In this document: positions 36,269 to 45,270 of the stretch, one piece after another | Layout: each line of letters starts with the position of its first letter | Numbering within the stretch: the first letter of the stretch is position 1 | NCBI GenBank assembly: GCA_034437035.1 | Contig: DAOTUI010000072.1 | Location: 55,107 to 119,106, forward strand | Reading direction: 5' to 3' | Source of the DNA: Chloroflexaceae bacterium | Lineage (GTDB): Bacteria; Chloroflexota; Chloroflexia; Chloroflexales; Chloroflexaceae | DNA: 64,000 bases | The notes under the pieces: model-generated | Databases searched by the model: none | Told to the model about the DNA's origin: nothing | What the model saw: the letters and a program-made list of their open reading frames with translations, nothing else | Program-made: the position numbers and the translations under genes

Positions 36269-36276
36269 TCAATAAT

Positions 36277-36450
36277 ACACGTTACGGGGTCACTGACCCG
36301 ACAGGAGATTCCGCCTCCGACAGGGCAGAAGAAATCATCTTTTTTCACAAAAATTTTGTAAAAAAAGATCAAAAGTACCATGCTGCCGCAGGCGAATCGG
36401 GCTTTTGGTTGGTCAACAGACCGAAATAAGGCTGCACCGTGTAACGCGTG
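36277..36450 (+). mobile_element. MITE-like repeat copy B2 (shortened, degenerate central palindrome)
   Basis: Arms TTCCGCCTCCGACAGGGCAGAAG and GTACCATGCTGCCGCAGGCGAA. The central stem is reduced to about 14 bp with 1 mismatch. Confidence 0.7.
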
Positions 36451-36457
36451 GAAATAC

Positions 36458-36527
36458 CAGGACGTACGCGGTGGATGGTCAAACCGGACGTTTGACCAGA
36501 TGGAAGCCAGACTCGCCTGCGGCAGCA
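36458..36527 (-). mobile_element. Half MITE copy B3 (one TIR, CAAAC hairpin and one arm), abutting the pfkB-family stop codon
   Basis: CAGGACGTACGCGGTGGATGGTCAAACCGGACGTTTGACCAGATGGAAGCCAGACTCGCCTGCGGCAGCA is near-identical to the left part of copy A, then the match stops. Confidence 0.65.
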
Positions 36528-36537
36528 GAGATAGCGC

Positions 36538-37512
36538 CTAAAAATGCAGCAGATGCTGCAACGACGGCGCCAGCCGGCGGCGCAACTCGTCCCGACCGGG
36601 CAGGGCATCGGCCGCCCCCGGCCGGGTTGCCGTCAATGCCCCCAACATATTGCCGAGAAGCGCGCTCTCGTGTATACTCCCATGGTGAAGTAGCGCCCAG
36701 GCACACCCGGCAGCAAAGGCATCGCCGGAAGCGGTTGTGTCAATGGCCGTGACCGCCGGGGGACCGGCCTGCAGACGCTGGTCGCCGGTGGCAAGCGTAC
36801 ATCCCCGGCGCCCCTGCTTCAGGGCGAGATAGCGCCCCCCGTAACGCAACAGCGTGGTGACCGCCGTGACACGCTCCTGTCCCGGTAGCAGCAGGCACAG
36901 CTCATCTTCATTCAGACAGAGCAGCCACAGCCGGGGCAGAAGTTGGAAGATATCATCCGGGCACCGGCGAATCGCGGGAGTACTCAGGTCAAGCACGATG
37001 GGCACGCCCTGCGCGTCGGCAAGCTCAACTGCGCGGAGTGCGGCATCACGCTGGGCACCTTCGAGCAGCGCATGCGCGCTCAGGTAGAGAAGCTGAACGC
37101 GCATCAGCAAATCGGACGTAACCGCCGTGGCGTCAAAGGCAACATTCGCGCCACGAAAGCTAAACATGGTGCGCTGACCGCCGGGACTAATAATGGCGGC
37201 ACAGGTGCCGGTAGCAAGGTATTCATCTTCCTGAATCAGGCTGATGTCAATGCCCCGCTGATCTGCTACGCGCAACGCCACGCCGGCCGCCGGATCACGG
37301 CCAACCCGACCCAGTAGTCGGGGATGACCACCCAGCACGGCAAATGTGACAGCCGCATTCAGCGCGGAACCGCCACTGCCCCACCGCAGTGACCGGGCGG
37401 TGCAATCGTCACCCTCGACCGGGTAGGATGGGATAATCATGGTCATATCCGCGTTAATGTCACCAAGAACGGCGATGTTTGTTGTACGGCTGGTCAACAT
37501 AGGTTCAATCAT
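36538..37512 (-). CDS. PfkB-family carbohydrate kinase
   Basis: DTTASGDAFAAG (DTxGAGD) motif and N-terminal VLGDINAD. Start is uncertain: 37512, 37500 or TTG 37536. Confidence 0.8.
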   Translation of the reverse strand: MIEPMLTSRTTNIAVLGDINADMTMIIPSYPVEGDDCTARSLRWGSGGSALNAAVTFAVLGGHPRLLGRVGRDPAAGVALRVADQRGIDISLIQEDEYLATGTCAAIISPGGQRTMFSFRGANVAFDATAVTSDLLMRVQLLYLSAHALLEGAQRDAALRAVELADAQGVPIVLDLSTPAIRRCPDDIFQLLPRLWLLCLNEDELCLLLPGQERVTAVTTLLRYGGRYLALKQGRRGCTLATGDQRLQAGPPAVTAIDTTASGDAFAAGCAWALLHHGSIHESALLGNMLGALTATRPGAADALPGRDELRRRLAPSLQHLLHF

Positions 37513-37737
37513 AGCACCTGGGATAAACAGACGCAACAGGATGTTAACAGGGACTGGTATTTACGACGTTGTATGAGTATAATTGTAATGTATCCTGCTT
37601 GTCAGGGCTCTTCCTTCGTTGTACAATGCAAAGCCCAGGATGAAAAAGTTGTGCGCTCTCCAGACGAGCGTACAGGTTCTCATGTGCCATACGTAGTGTT
37701 CGTCCTCCACGTGTTCCATGCAACAAGCGCAGGTGGT

Positions 37738-40185
37738 ATGGAAGAAATCCTCATAATCGATGATAGCGAGCAAATCTGCCGGTTACTGGCAGAAATTGTC
37801 TTGCCGGACCTGGGCTATCGCCCAATTATAGCTCATACCGGAAAGCAGGGCCTTCGTCGCCTACGCCAGCAACTACCCGACCTTATTTTGCTCGACCTGC
37901 AGCTTCCCGACATTAGTGGACTTGATCTGCTCCGCCTGATTGCGCAGGAGGGGTACGATGTGCCGGTTATTCTGATGACGGCGCATGGGTCGGAAAATAT
38001 CGCGGTTGATGCGTTTCGGCTCGGTGCGCGGAACTATCTGATCAAGCCGTTTAGCGATACCGAAGCGCAGGCCGTGATTAACCAGGCGCTCCGGGAACGG
38101 CGCTTGCAGCGTGAGCGCGACCGGCTGACCCGCAATTTGCAGCAGCGGGTGCAGGAGTTGACGGTGCTCTACAGCATCGGCAAGTCGGTCAGCACGCTGA
38201 TGGACCTGGAGGAACTGCTGGAGCGGATTGTCGAAGCCGGGGTGTATATCACCCGCGCCGAAGAAGGCTTCCTGTTGCTACGTGATGAGAGTACGAATGA
38301 ACTCTATTTGCGTGCCGCGAAGAACCTGGGTGAGCAGCGCGCCCAACGGCTGCGCATGCCGATTGACGACAGCCTCGCCGGGCAGGTGGTACGTACCGGC
38401 AAACCGATCCGCATCAATCAGGGCCAGGTCGGTACGGCGCTGAAAGTGAAGACCGGCTTCCTGGTTCGCTCAATTATCCAGGTGCCGCTGACGATGGGCC
38501 AGCAGGTGATCGGTGTGCTGGCCGTGGATAATCAGCAGGCCGACCGGGTCTTCAGCGAGAATGACCAGTATCTACTCTCCGCGCTGGCGGGGTATGCGGC
38601 CATTGCGATTGAGAATGCCCGACTGTATCAGCATATCAAGCAGAGCGAAGAGCGCTACCGGGATCTCTTTGCCAACGCCTACGATCTGATCTTTACGCTG
38701 GATCGCAATCTCTGCATTACGACGATTAACAAGGCCGGGCAGCAACTGACCGGCTATTCGCTGGAGGAGTTACAGGGCCGCTCCCTCTCATCGCTCTGCC
38801 CAACGTCTTCCTGGGAAAGCGTCAAGTCGCTGTTTGTCGATCTCTTGCGTGGCGAAACGGTGCCGCCGTTTGAGCTTGAGATGATCCGGATCGACAACGA
38901 AACAATCTATCTCGAGGTCAGCGCCCGGCGCACCCGCGATGGGCAGCACAACGGCGGTCTGCACTGTATCGCCCGTAACCTGACCGAGCGGCGACGACTG
39001 GAGGAGCAACTGATCCAGGCCGAGAAACTCTCGGCAATTGGGCAACTGGTTGCCGGAGTTGCACATGAACTGAACAACCCGCTGACCAGCATCAGCGGCT
39101 ACTCCCAACTCCTGCTACGTGATACATCGCTCCCCGAACGCGTTACCCAGGATGTTGAGCATATTCATACCCAGGCGGAACGGGCCGGGCGTATTGTACA
39201 GAATCTGCTGATCTTTGCCCGCGAACATAAGCCCGAACGCGTCACGGTAAATCTGAATGATGTGCTGCATAGTACGCTGAGTCTGCGGGCATACCAACTG
39301 CGCGTGGATAATATCAAAGTTGTCACCGATTACAACAAGAAGCTACCGCCGACGATTGCCGACCCCTATCAACTCCAACAGGTGTTCCTCAACCTGATTA
39401 ATAATGCGCATCAGGCAATGGCATCACGGGGCGGTCCCGGTACGCTGACCCTGCGCACACAACTGGTTGCACCGGCACGTGAAACCGGCGAGGGGGGTAC
39501 ACCCGGCCCGCAGATGCTTCGGGTGACCGTGAATGACACCGGGGTAGGTATTCCGGATCGGGAGTTGAACCGTATCTTCGATCCCTTTTTCACAACGAAG
39601 CCGGTTGGGCAGGGAACCGGGTTAGGACTCTCGATCTGCTTTGGCATTGTGCAGGAGCATAATGGACGGATCTGGGCCGAGAGTACGGTGGGTGTGGGAA
39701 CTACGGTCTATGTTGATCTGCCGGTATTGACCCTGGAACCGGAGCCGGATGTGACGTTGCCGGTTGATGATACCACCGAAGAAGAACTCGATCTGGCCTA
39801 CACGGTGCTGGTTGTGGACGATGAAGAACCGGTTGGCACGTTGCTGGCCCGGTTGTTGCATGACCTGGGACATCAGTCACGTGTGGTGACGAGCGGTGAA
39901 GCTGCGTTAAAAGCATTGGCAGAGGAACAGTTTGATCTCATCCTGAGCGATGTTAAAATGCCGGGCATGAGCGGGTTTGATCTCTATCAGGTTATTCAAC
40001 AGCGGTATCCGGAACTGGCACAGCGGCTGGTGTTCATCACGGGCGATACACTGAGCCCGGCAACGCGCACCACCATTGCCCAGTTTGGAACCCCCTATCT
40101 GGCAAAACCGTTTGCCATTGATCGCCTGGAAGCGCTTGTGCGGAGTTTTCAGGGACAGCAGTCAGTACAACTAGGAAATGAGTAG
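37738..40185 (+). CDS. Hybrid sensor kinase: receiver, GAF, PAS, HisKA, HATPase_c, receiver
   Basis: ILIIDDSEQ...DLILLDLQLPD receiver. H-box VAHELNNPLT. G-boxes DTGVGI and GTGLGLS. C-terminal VLVVDDEE...DLILSDVKMPG receiver. ATG 37738 is preferred to the ORF-track start at 37573. Confidence 0.85.
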   Translation: MEEILIIDDSEQICRLLAEIVLPDLGYRPIIAHTGKQGLRRLRQQLPDLILLDLQLPDISGLDLLRLIAQEGYDVPVILMTAHGSENIAVDAFRLGARNYLIKPFSDTEAQAVINQALRERRLQRERDRLTRNLQQRVQELTVLYSIGKSVSTLMDLEELLERIVEAGVYITRAEEGFLLLRDESTNELYLRAAKNLGEQRAQRLRMPIDDSLAGQVVRTGKPIRINQGQVGTALKVKTGFLVRSIIQVPLTMGQQVIGVLAVDNQQADRVFSENDQYLLSALAGYAAIAIENARLYQHIKQSEERYRDLFANAYDLIFTLDRNLCITTINKAGQQLTGYSLEELQGRSLSSLCPTSSWESVKSLFVDLLRGETVPPFELEMIRIDNETIYLEVSARRTRDGQHNGGLHCIARNLTERRRLEEQLIQAEKLSAIGQLVAGVAHELNNPLTSISGYSQLLLRDTSLPERVTQDVEHIHTQAERAGRIVQNLLIFAREHKPERVTVNLNDVLHSTLSLRAYQLRVDNIKVVTDYNKKLPPTIADPYQLQQVFLNLINNAHQAMASRGGPGTLTLRTQLVAPARETGEGGTPGPQMLRVTVNDTGVGIPDRELNRIFDPFFTTKPVGQGTGLGLSICFGIVQEHNGRIWAESTVGVGTTVYVDLPVLTLEPEPDVTLPVDDTTEEELDLAYTVLVVDDEEPVGTLLARLLHDLGHQSRVVTSGEAALKALAEEQFDLILSDVKMPGMSGFDLYQVIQQRYPELAQRLVFITGDTLSPATRTTIAQFGTPYLAKPFAIDRLEALVRSFQGQQSVQLGNE

Positions 40186-40250
40186 CAATTGAGTAAACAG
40201 GAACAGGATAGGATGATCGCAGCACGCAAAACCGCACCACGGAGGGGCAT

Positions 40251-41198
40251 GTGGATAAAGTGACAGCACAGGCGATTGCCGATATTGCTGCCAACAACTA
40301 TGCCGGTGCAGCCGAGATAGCCGAACAGGGTGCGGAGGTCTTGCTGCGATGCGCACGAACCGGGGACGCGCCATCCCTGGAGGTTTTCCGTCAAGAGTTA
40401 TTGATGACAATCTGGGGGCTGATTCACGCCCAACCCTCCATGGCGCCCCTGGTTAATCTGGTCAACGAGGTGTTGTGGAAGATTGAGTCGCGCGACTCAC
40501 TCCGCACTCTGCGCCAGACCGTGGTCGATATTACTAGCGATTTTAAGCGCCAGTTGCATGTACATGAGGCCGCCATTGCCGAGTCGGTGCTGCCCCTCAT
40601 TCCCGAAGGGGCGCAGGTGCTGACGAACAGCCGCAGTACGACGGTGCGGGCCGCGTTGCGCCATGCTCAACGGGCCGGACGCCGGTTTAGCGTAACCTGC
40701 GCGGAGGGCCGGCCGGGGTACGAGGGGCGGAAAATGGCAACCGAACTGGCCGAAGACGGCATTCCGGTTACATTGATGATCGATGCGCTGGCAGGTTCGT
40801 ATGTGCCCCGTATGAGTCTGGTGCTGGTGGGAGCCGACCATCTGACCAGTCGGGGTTTGATGAATAAAGCGGGCACCTACAGTCTGGCACTGGCGGCGCA
40901 TGCAAACAATGTGCCGATCTATGCGCTCTGCAGCAGCAACAAATTCCTGCCCCCCGGCTATACGCCACCGATACAGACCCACTGGCCCGCCGATCAGGTC
41001 TGGGAAGCCCCCCCGGCTGGGATTACGATCAAGAATCTCTATTTTGATTGCACGCCGTTGACGGAGCTTGCCGGATTGGTGACGGAGCAGGGCGTGCTTC
41101 CAACTGCCGGAATCGAGGGCTGGCTGGCCTCGATCCAGTTGCACCCGGCGCTGATGCGCACACCCGAGTCCGTTGAACAGCAGACGGTCGGGAATTAG
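40251..41198 (+). CDS. eIF-2B alpha/beta/delta-like family protein (sugar-phosphate isomerase fold)
   Basis: VLTNSRSTTV...CAEGRPGYEG...LVLVGADHL...NKAGTY pattern of the IF-2B family. Confidence 0.75.
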   Translation: MDKVTAQAIADIAANNYAGAAEIAEQGAEVLLRCARTGDAPSLEVFRQELLMTIWGLIHAQPSMAPLVNLVNEVLWKIESRDSLRTLRQTVVDITSDFKRQLHVHEAAIAESVLPLIPEGAQVLTNSRSTTVRAALRHAQRAGRRFSVTCAEGRPGYEGRKMATELAEDGIPVTLMIDALAGSYVPRMSLVLVGADHLTSRGLMNKAGTYSLALAAHANNVPIYALCSSNKFLPPGYTPPIQTHWPADQVWEAPPAGITIKNLYFDCTPLTELAGLVTEQGVLPTAGIEGWLASIQLHPALMRTPESVEQQTVGN

Positions 41199-41204
41199 GC
41201 CGGT

Positions 41205-42332
41205 TTACCGCGCAACCGGCCTGTGCCCAACCCGCTGGTAGATCGCCAGGGTTTCGCGGGCGGTGCGTTCCCAGGAGAAACGTGCCGCCTGTGCCGGCCC
41301 CCCCTCCGCCAGTCTGTGGCGGAGCGCAGCATCGTTCCAGACATGCTCAAGCGCATCAGCCCAGGCCGCCACATCGCGCGGTGGCAGGCGTAGCGCCGCT
41401 TCCCCCACAATTTCCGGCAGACTGCCGACATCCGACACGAGCGTTGGCGCAGCACAGGCCAGCGCCTCAAGCACGGGCAATCCGAACCCCTCGTAGAGTG
41501 ACGGATTGGCGTAGAGCAGGCAGGCATTGTAGAGCCAGAGCAGATCCTGCTGGTCCACTCCTCCCAGAAAGATCACCGCTTCCTCCAGCCGCAGATCGCG
41601 CACGGTCGTAAAAATCTCCTCATCGCGCCAGCCGCGTGTGCCGACCACCACCAGCAGATAGCGAATATTCCGCCGACGCTCCCGGCAGATATGCAACGCC
41701 CGGAGCAGCGTCGGCAGGTTCTTGCGCGGCTCCAGCGTGCTGACAAACAGCGCAAAGGTACCGGCCGCGATCACCTGCTCATCAAACCGGCGCGCCTCCC
41801 GCTCGCGCAGCAGTTGTGGCGCGAAGATCGGCGCGGCGGCTTCATACACCAGATCGACCCGCGCGGGCGGCAGATCCAGCAGTTCGCTGATATCCCGGCG
41901 CGTGGCGGCGGAGACGGCAATCACCGCGTCGGCATGCCAGACCGAGGTGCGCACCTGGCTGTAGTAGCGGCGGGCCTGATCATCGAGAATTTCGGGATAA
42001 TGCAGAAATGCCAGATCGTGGATCGTGACAACCGCCGGACATGGGCGCAACCGGGGCACGATAAAATCGGGGCAGTGCAGCAGATCAAGGCGCTGCCGCA
42101 GCAGTTCAACCGGGAGCGACCACTGTTCCAGCCGGTGGTGCGGCGGCGTCCTGAGTGTGGCGCGCTGCACATTGGAGGAAACAACCAGCGGGCGCAGATG
42201 TTCCGGATGCTGCAGCGTCACAAAGGTATCGTGGGCCGGCAGTGCCGCCAGCGCGGTCAAAAGCCGGCGCGTATATTCGGGAATGCCCCCGCGCCGGTAC
42301 GCATTGAGCCGGGCATCGATCCCTATGCGCAT
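41205..42332 (-). CDS. Glycosyltransferase family 4 (GT-B)
   Basis: C-terminal YEGFGLPVLEALA motif. 1-nt overlap with the upstream MBL gene stop. Confidence 0.8.
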   Translation of the reverse strand: MRIGIDARLNAYRRGGIPEYTRRLLTALAALPAHDTFVTLQHPEHLRPLVVSSNVQRATLRTPPHHRLEQWSLPVELLRQRLDLLHCPDFIVPRLRPCPAVVTIHDLAFLHYPEILDDQARRYYSQVRTSVWHADAVIAVSAATRRDISELLDLPPARVDLVYEAAAPIFAPQLLREREARRFDEQVIAAGTFALFVSTLEPRKNLPTLLRALHICRERRRNIRYLLVVVGTRGWRDEEIFTTVRDLRLEEAVIFLGGVDQQDLLWLYNACLLYANPSLYEGFGLPVLEALACAAPTLVSDVGSLPEIVGEAALRLPPRDVAAWADALEHVWNDAALRHRLAEGGPAQAARFSWERTARETLAIYQRVGHRPVAR

Positions 42333-43105
42333 CAGTCGGTCTCCATCACCGCAACCTCCAGCCCATCGTAGGCCAGTTCCACGCCGGGCGGTAACTGCGC
42401 ACTGACTGTAGCATGGTCAACCGAGTGGGTCATATGCACCAGGAACGCCCGCCGGGGACGCAGATCGGCAATCACCGCCAGCGCCTGATCCAGGCTGAGA
42501 TGGGTCGGATGTGGATCAACCCGCAGGGCATTCAGAACCAGGACATCAAGGTTGCGCAACAACGCCCGTGCCGCATCGGGTACGGCGCCGGCATCGGTGA
42601 CATAGCCCAGGTTGCCGATCCGGTAGCCGTTGATCATCCAGGTGCCGTGCGGAATATCGAAAGGGATGATCTGCGTCGGGCCAATTGCAAACGGCCCGGT
42701 AATCGGAAAGAGTTCCAGGGCCGGGCGGGACGAGCCCCCGGAGGAGTCGGCAAAGGCATAATCGAACCGGCGGCGCACATCGGCCAGCGTGTCGGGACGG
42801 CCAAAGATAGGTATGGGCCGCGCGCCGGTGTACATGGTCAGCGGGCGCAGATCATCAAGCCCGGCGACATGGTCAAAGTGGGCATGCGTCAGCAGCACCG
42901 CGTCCAGGGCGTCAATGCGAGCGGCTAACGCCTGCATCCGCAGATCCGGCCCGGCATCTATCAGCAGCGACTGCCCGGCGCAGCGTACGAGTGCCGCCGT
43001 GCGCATACGGCGGTTGCGCGGATCGGTTGAGCTACAGACCGGGCAGTGACAGCCGACAATCGGTATCCCCATCGACGTGCCGGTCCCAAGAAAAGTCAGG
43101 CGCAT
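42332..43105 (-). CDS. MBL-fold metallo-hydrolase (PhnP/RNase Z-like)
   Basis: LLTHAHFDHVAGL motif and N-terminal MRLTFLGTGTSMG. ATG 43105 is preferred to 43150. Confidence 0.8.
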   Translation of the reverse strand: MRLTFLGTGTSMGIPIVGCHCPVCSSTDPRNRRMRTAALVRCAGQSLLIDAGPDLRMQALAARIDALDAVLLTHAHFDHVAGLDDLRPLTMYTGARPIPIFGRPDTLADVRRRFDYAFADSSGGSSRPALELFPITGPFAIGPTQIIPFDIPHGTWMINGYRIGNLGYVTDAGAVPDAARALLRNLDVLVLNALRVDPHPTHLSLDQALAVIADLRPRRAFLVHMTHSVDHATVSAQLPPGVELAYDGLEVAVMETD

Positions 43106-43197
43106 AGTGGTGTTGGTTTGCTTCAATCTTCCAGAGTAGACCTGACGCATTATAGCACAGTGCCGCCGGCAGGCCGGATTGTTCCCCGCGAATGACG

Positions 43198-43269
43198 GCG
43201 TGCGGACGCGCTTCTGCGCGTCCCTGCCGACGAACCGCGTGCGGACGCGCTTCTGCGCGTCCCTACCGA
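43198..43269. repeat. Two tandem REP-like units (GCGTGCGGACGCGC-TTCT-GCGCGTCCCTRCCGA)
   Basis: Hairpin cores at 43204-43223 and 43242-43261, in a divergent promoter region. The 64-aa ORF 43192-43386 is their translation. Confidence 0.7.
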
Positions 43270-43403
43270 AACCGGAATAATCCGACAGAGCGCAAGATTC
43301 TTCCGTCCCTTATGAAACTCTCATGCACTGGCCTTGCCGACAGTGTTATACTGGAGAATGTTAAACTGGTTTTACTCACACTATAAGTTTTTCAGGAAAC
43401 AGT

Positions 43404-44675
43404 ATGCGTTCAGAATACAATCTGCTACGAATGCGACTACCCCTCTGGCTGACGGCCATGCTGATGGCGCTCACGCTCTTCTTTGGCGTTGGCGGTGGGC
43501 TGATCGTTGGAACTTCCCTGACGCCCACCACCAACTGCCCGGAGTCGGAAGAGATCTGCGAGGAGTTTGGCGTCTTCTGGCAGGCATGGGAGCTAACACG
43601 GGAAAATTTTGTCGAACCCGAAGTGGTTGATCCGCAGGAGATGACCGAGGGCGCAATCAGCGGGATGCTCGACAGCCTGGGCGACCAGGGTCACACGCGA
43701 TTCCTCTCCGCCGAGGATGCGCGGCGCTGGCAGGAGTCGCTTTCCGGAGAGTTTGAGGGTATCGGGGCTTACCTGAATGTGCGCGAGGATGGGCAGGCGA
43801 TCATTGTCCGGCCGATCGAAGGCTCGCCCGCCGAGGCAGCCGGCCTGCGGGCAGGGGATTTTATTCTCGAAGTTGATGGCGAGAGTACACAGGGCATGAC
43901 GGTTGATGAACTGGCAGCAACTATCCGGGGTCCCCGGGGCACCGAGGTGGCGCTGACCGTAATCCACCCCGGCACCGAACTGCCGGTCGATATCACCATC
44001 GAGCGCAACCGCATCGAGGTGCCCAGCGTTACCTGGCGCATGCTGCCCAACGATGTGGCGCTGGTACAGCTTACCTCCTTCGCCGAGCGTTCAAGCGAGG
44101 AGATGCAGCAGGCGCTGACCGAGGCGCAGGAGCAGGGAGCCGAGGCGGTGATCCTGGATCTGCGCAATAACCCCGGCGGGTTGCTGAATGAGGCGGTCGG
44201 GATTGCCGGCCAGTTCCTGGAGGAAGGCACGCCGGTCCTGATCGAAGAAAACCGGGCGGATGAGCGCACGACCACCGAGGCGCGGGCAGGTGGTGTGGCC
44301 CTGGATATTCCGTTGACCGTCATGGTCAATCTTAACACCGCCAGTTCCGCCGAGATTGTCTCCGGGGCGATGCAGGATGCCGGCCGCGCCCAGGTGCTGG
44401 GTGTGCCGACAATTGGCACCGGCACGGTGCTAACGACCTTTCAACTGGAAGATGGCGCGCGGCTGCTGCTGGGCACCAGCCAGTGGCGCACCCCCAGCGG
44501 CCGCCTGATCCGCGAAACCGGCATTGAGCCGGATATCGAAGTTGTGCTGCCGGCGGGCGCACTGCCGCTCTCCCCCAGTGATGCGGCAGAACTCTCGGCC
44601 GAGGCGCTACGCGATAGCGAAGATACGCAACTGGCCGCGGCGTTTGAACTTGTGCAGGAGGCCGCCCAGCGCTGA
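43404..44675 (+). CDS. ctpA: Carboxyl-terminal processing protease (peptidase S41) with PDZ domain
   Basis: GSPAEAAGLRAGD (PDZ), DLRNNPGGLL, and SSAEIVSGA with the Ser/Lys dyad context. Confidence 0.88.
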   Translation: MRSEYNLLRMRLPLWLTAMLMALTLFFGVGGGLIVGTSLTPTTNCPESEEICEEFGVFWQAWELTRENFVEPEVVDPQEMTEGAISGMLDSLGDQGHTRFLSAEDARRWQESLSGEFEGIGAYLNVREDGQAIIVRPIEGSPAEAAGLRAGDFILEVDGESTQGMTVDELAATIRGPRGTEVALTVIHPGTELPVDITIERNRIEVPSVTWRMLPNDVALVQLTSFAERSSEEMQQALTEAQEQGAEAVILDLRNNPGGLLNEAVGIAGQFLEEGTPVLIEENRADERTTTEARAGGVALDIPLTVMVNLNTASSAEIVSGAMQDAGRAQVLGVPTIGTGTVLTTFQLEDGARLLLGTSQWRTPSGRLIRETGIEPDIEVVLPAGALPLSPSDAAELSAEALRDSEDTQLAAAFELVQEAAQR

Positions 44676-44691
44676 GGTGCCTGCGCAGAGA

Positions 44692-44723
44692 GACCAGACA
44701 GGTCTTCGGCGACCTGTCTGGTC
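44692..44723 (+). terminator. 13-bp perfect stem hairpin after ctpA
   Basis: GACCAGACAGGTC-TTCGGC-GACCTGTCTGGTC. No U-tract. Confidence 0.5.
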
Positions 44724-44777
44724 CGGCATTCCCTACTGATTTCTCCTCCTGTTCCACGCATCCCGCCATGGGACGCT

Positions 44778-45125
44778 GGACCACGAACGACGCGAAACGA
44801 ACGAAACCCACGAAACGACAAGTGCCGACCGGAGCGCTGCCCTGCGTCTCGCGTCATTCGCGGGTTTTCGTGCCGTTCGTGGTCCAAAACTCTCCCCAGT
44901 CATCACTCCCTCGTTGCCAGCCCCCATCATAGCAGCGTAGTCCCAGTGAAAGCAGCGCAGCACAACGGGCCATTCGTGTATTCGTGGTCAGCATTCGTGG
45001 ACGGTTCTCCCACCGCACCGGTTCCCAATCGCCAATCCCCCCGCGCCAGCCTCATTCGTGCATTCGTGGTCCGCATTCGTGGACGGTTCTCCCACCACCC
45101 CAGTCCCCAATCCCCACTCCCTAGC
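44778..45125. repeat. Cluster built from TTCGTGG/CCACGAA motifs: imperfect palindrome of about 110 bp plus an 82-bp tandem duplication
   Basis: Palindrome arms at 44778-44819 and 44853-44885. Direct repeats CATTCGTGYATTCGTGGTCMGCATTCGTGGACGGTTCTCCCACC at 44971 and 45053. Confidence 0.65.
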
Positions 45126-45270
45126 CCAAAATAGTAGCTATCCATGGTATACTTATGCCGTATTCCACCCAACCCACCCGGTGTGGAAATGATGCATGCT
45201 TTGGATAATCCTGCCTCTTTATAATAGCTCACAGCAGAACCAGCGATGATAGTGACACACACCAGACCGT

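Noticed and set aside
40497-42371. 215-aa and 226-aa ORFs antisense to the eIF-2B-like and glycosyltransferase genes
   Set aside because: They show shadow-ORF composition and no motifs, while the opposite strands carry recognised family signatures.
43192-43386. 64-aa ORF (MTACGRASARPCRRTACGRASARP...)
   Set aside because: Its internal repeat is simply the translation of the two tandem REP-like hairpin units.
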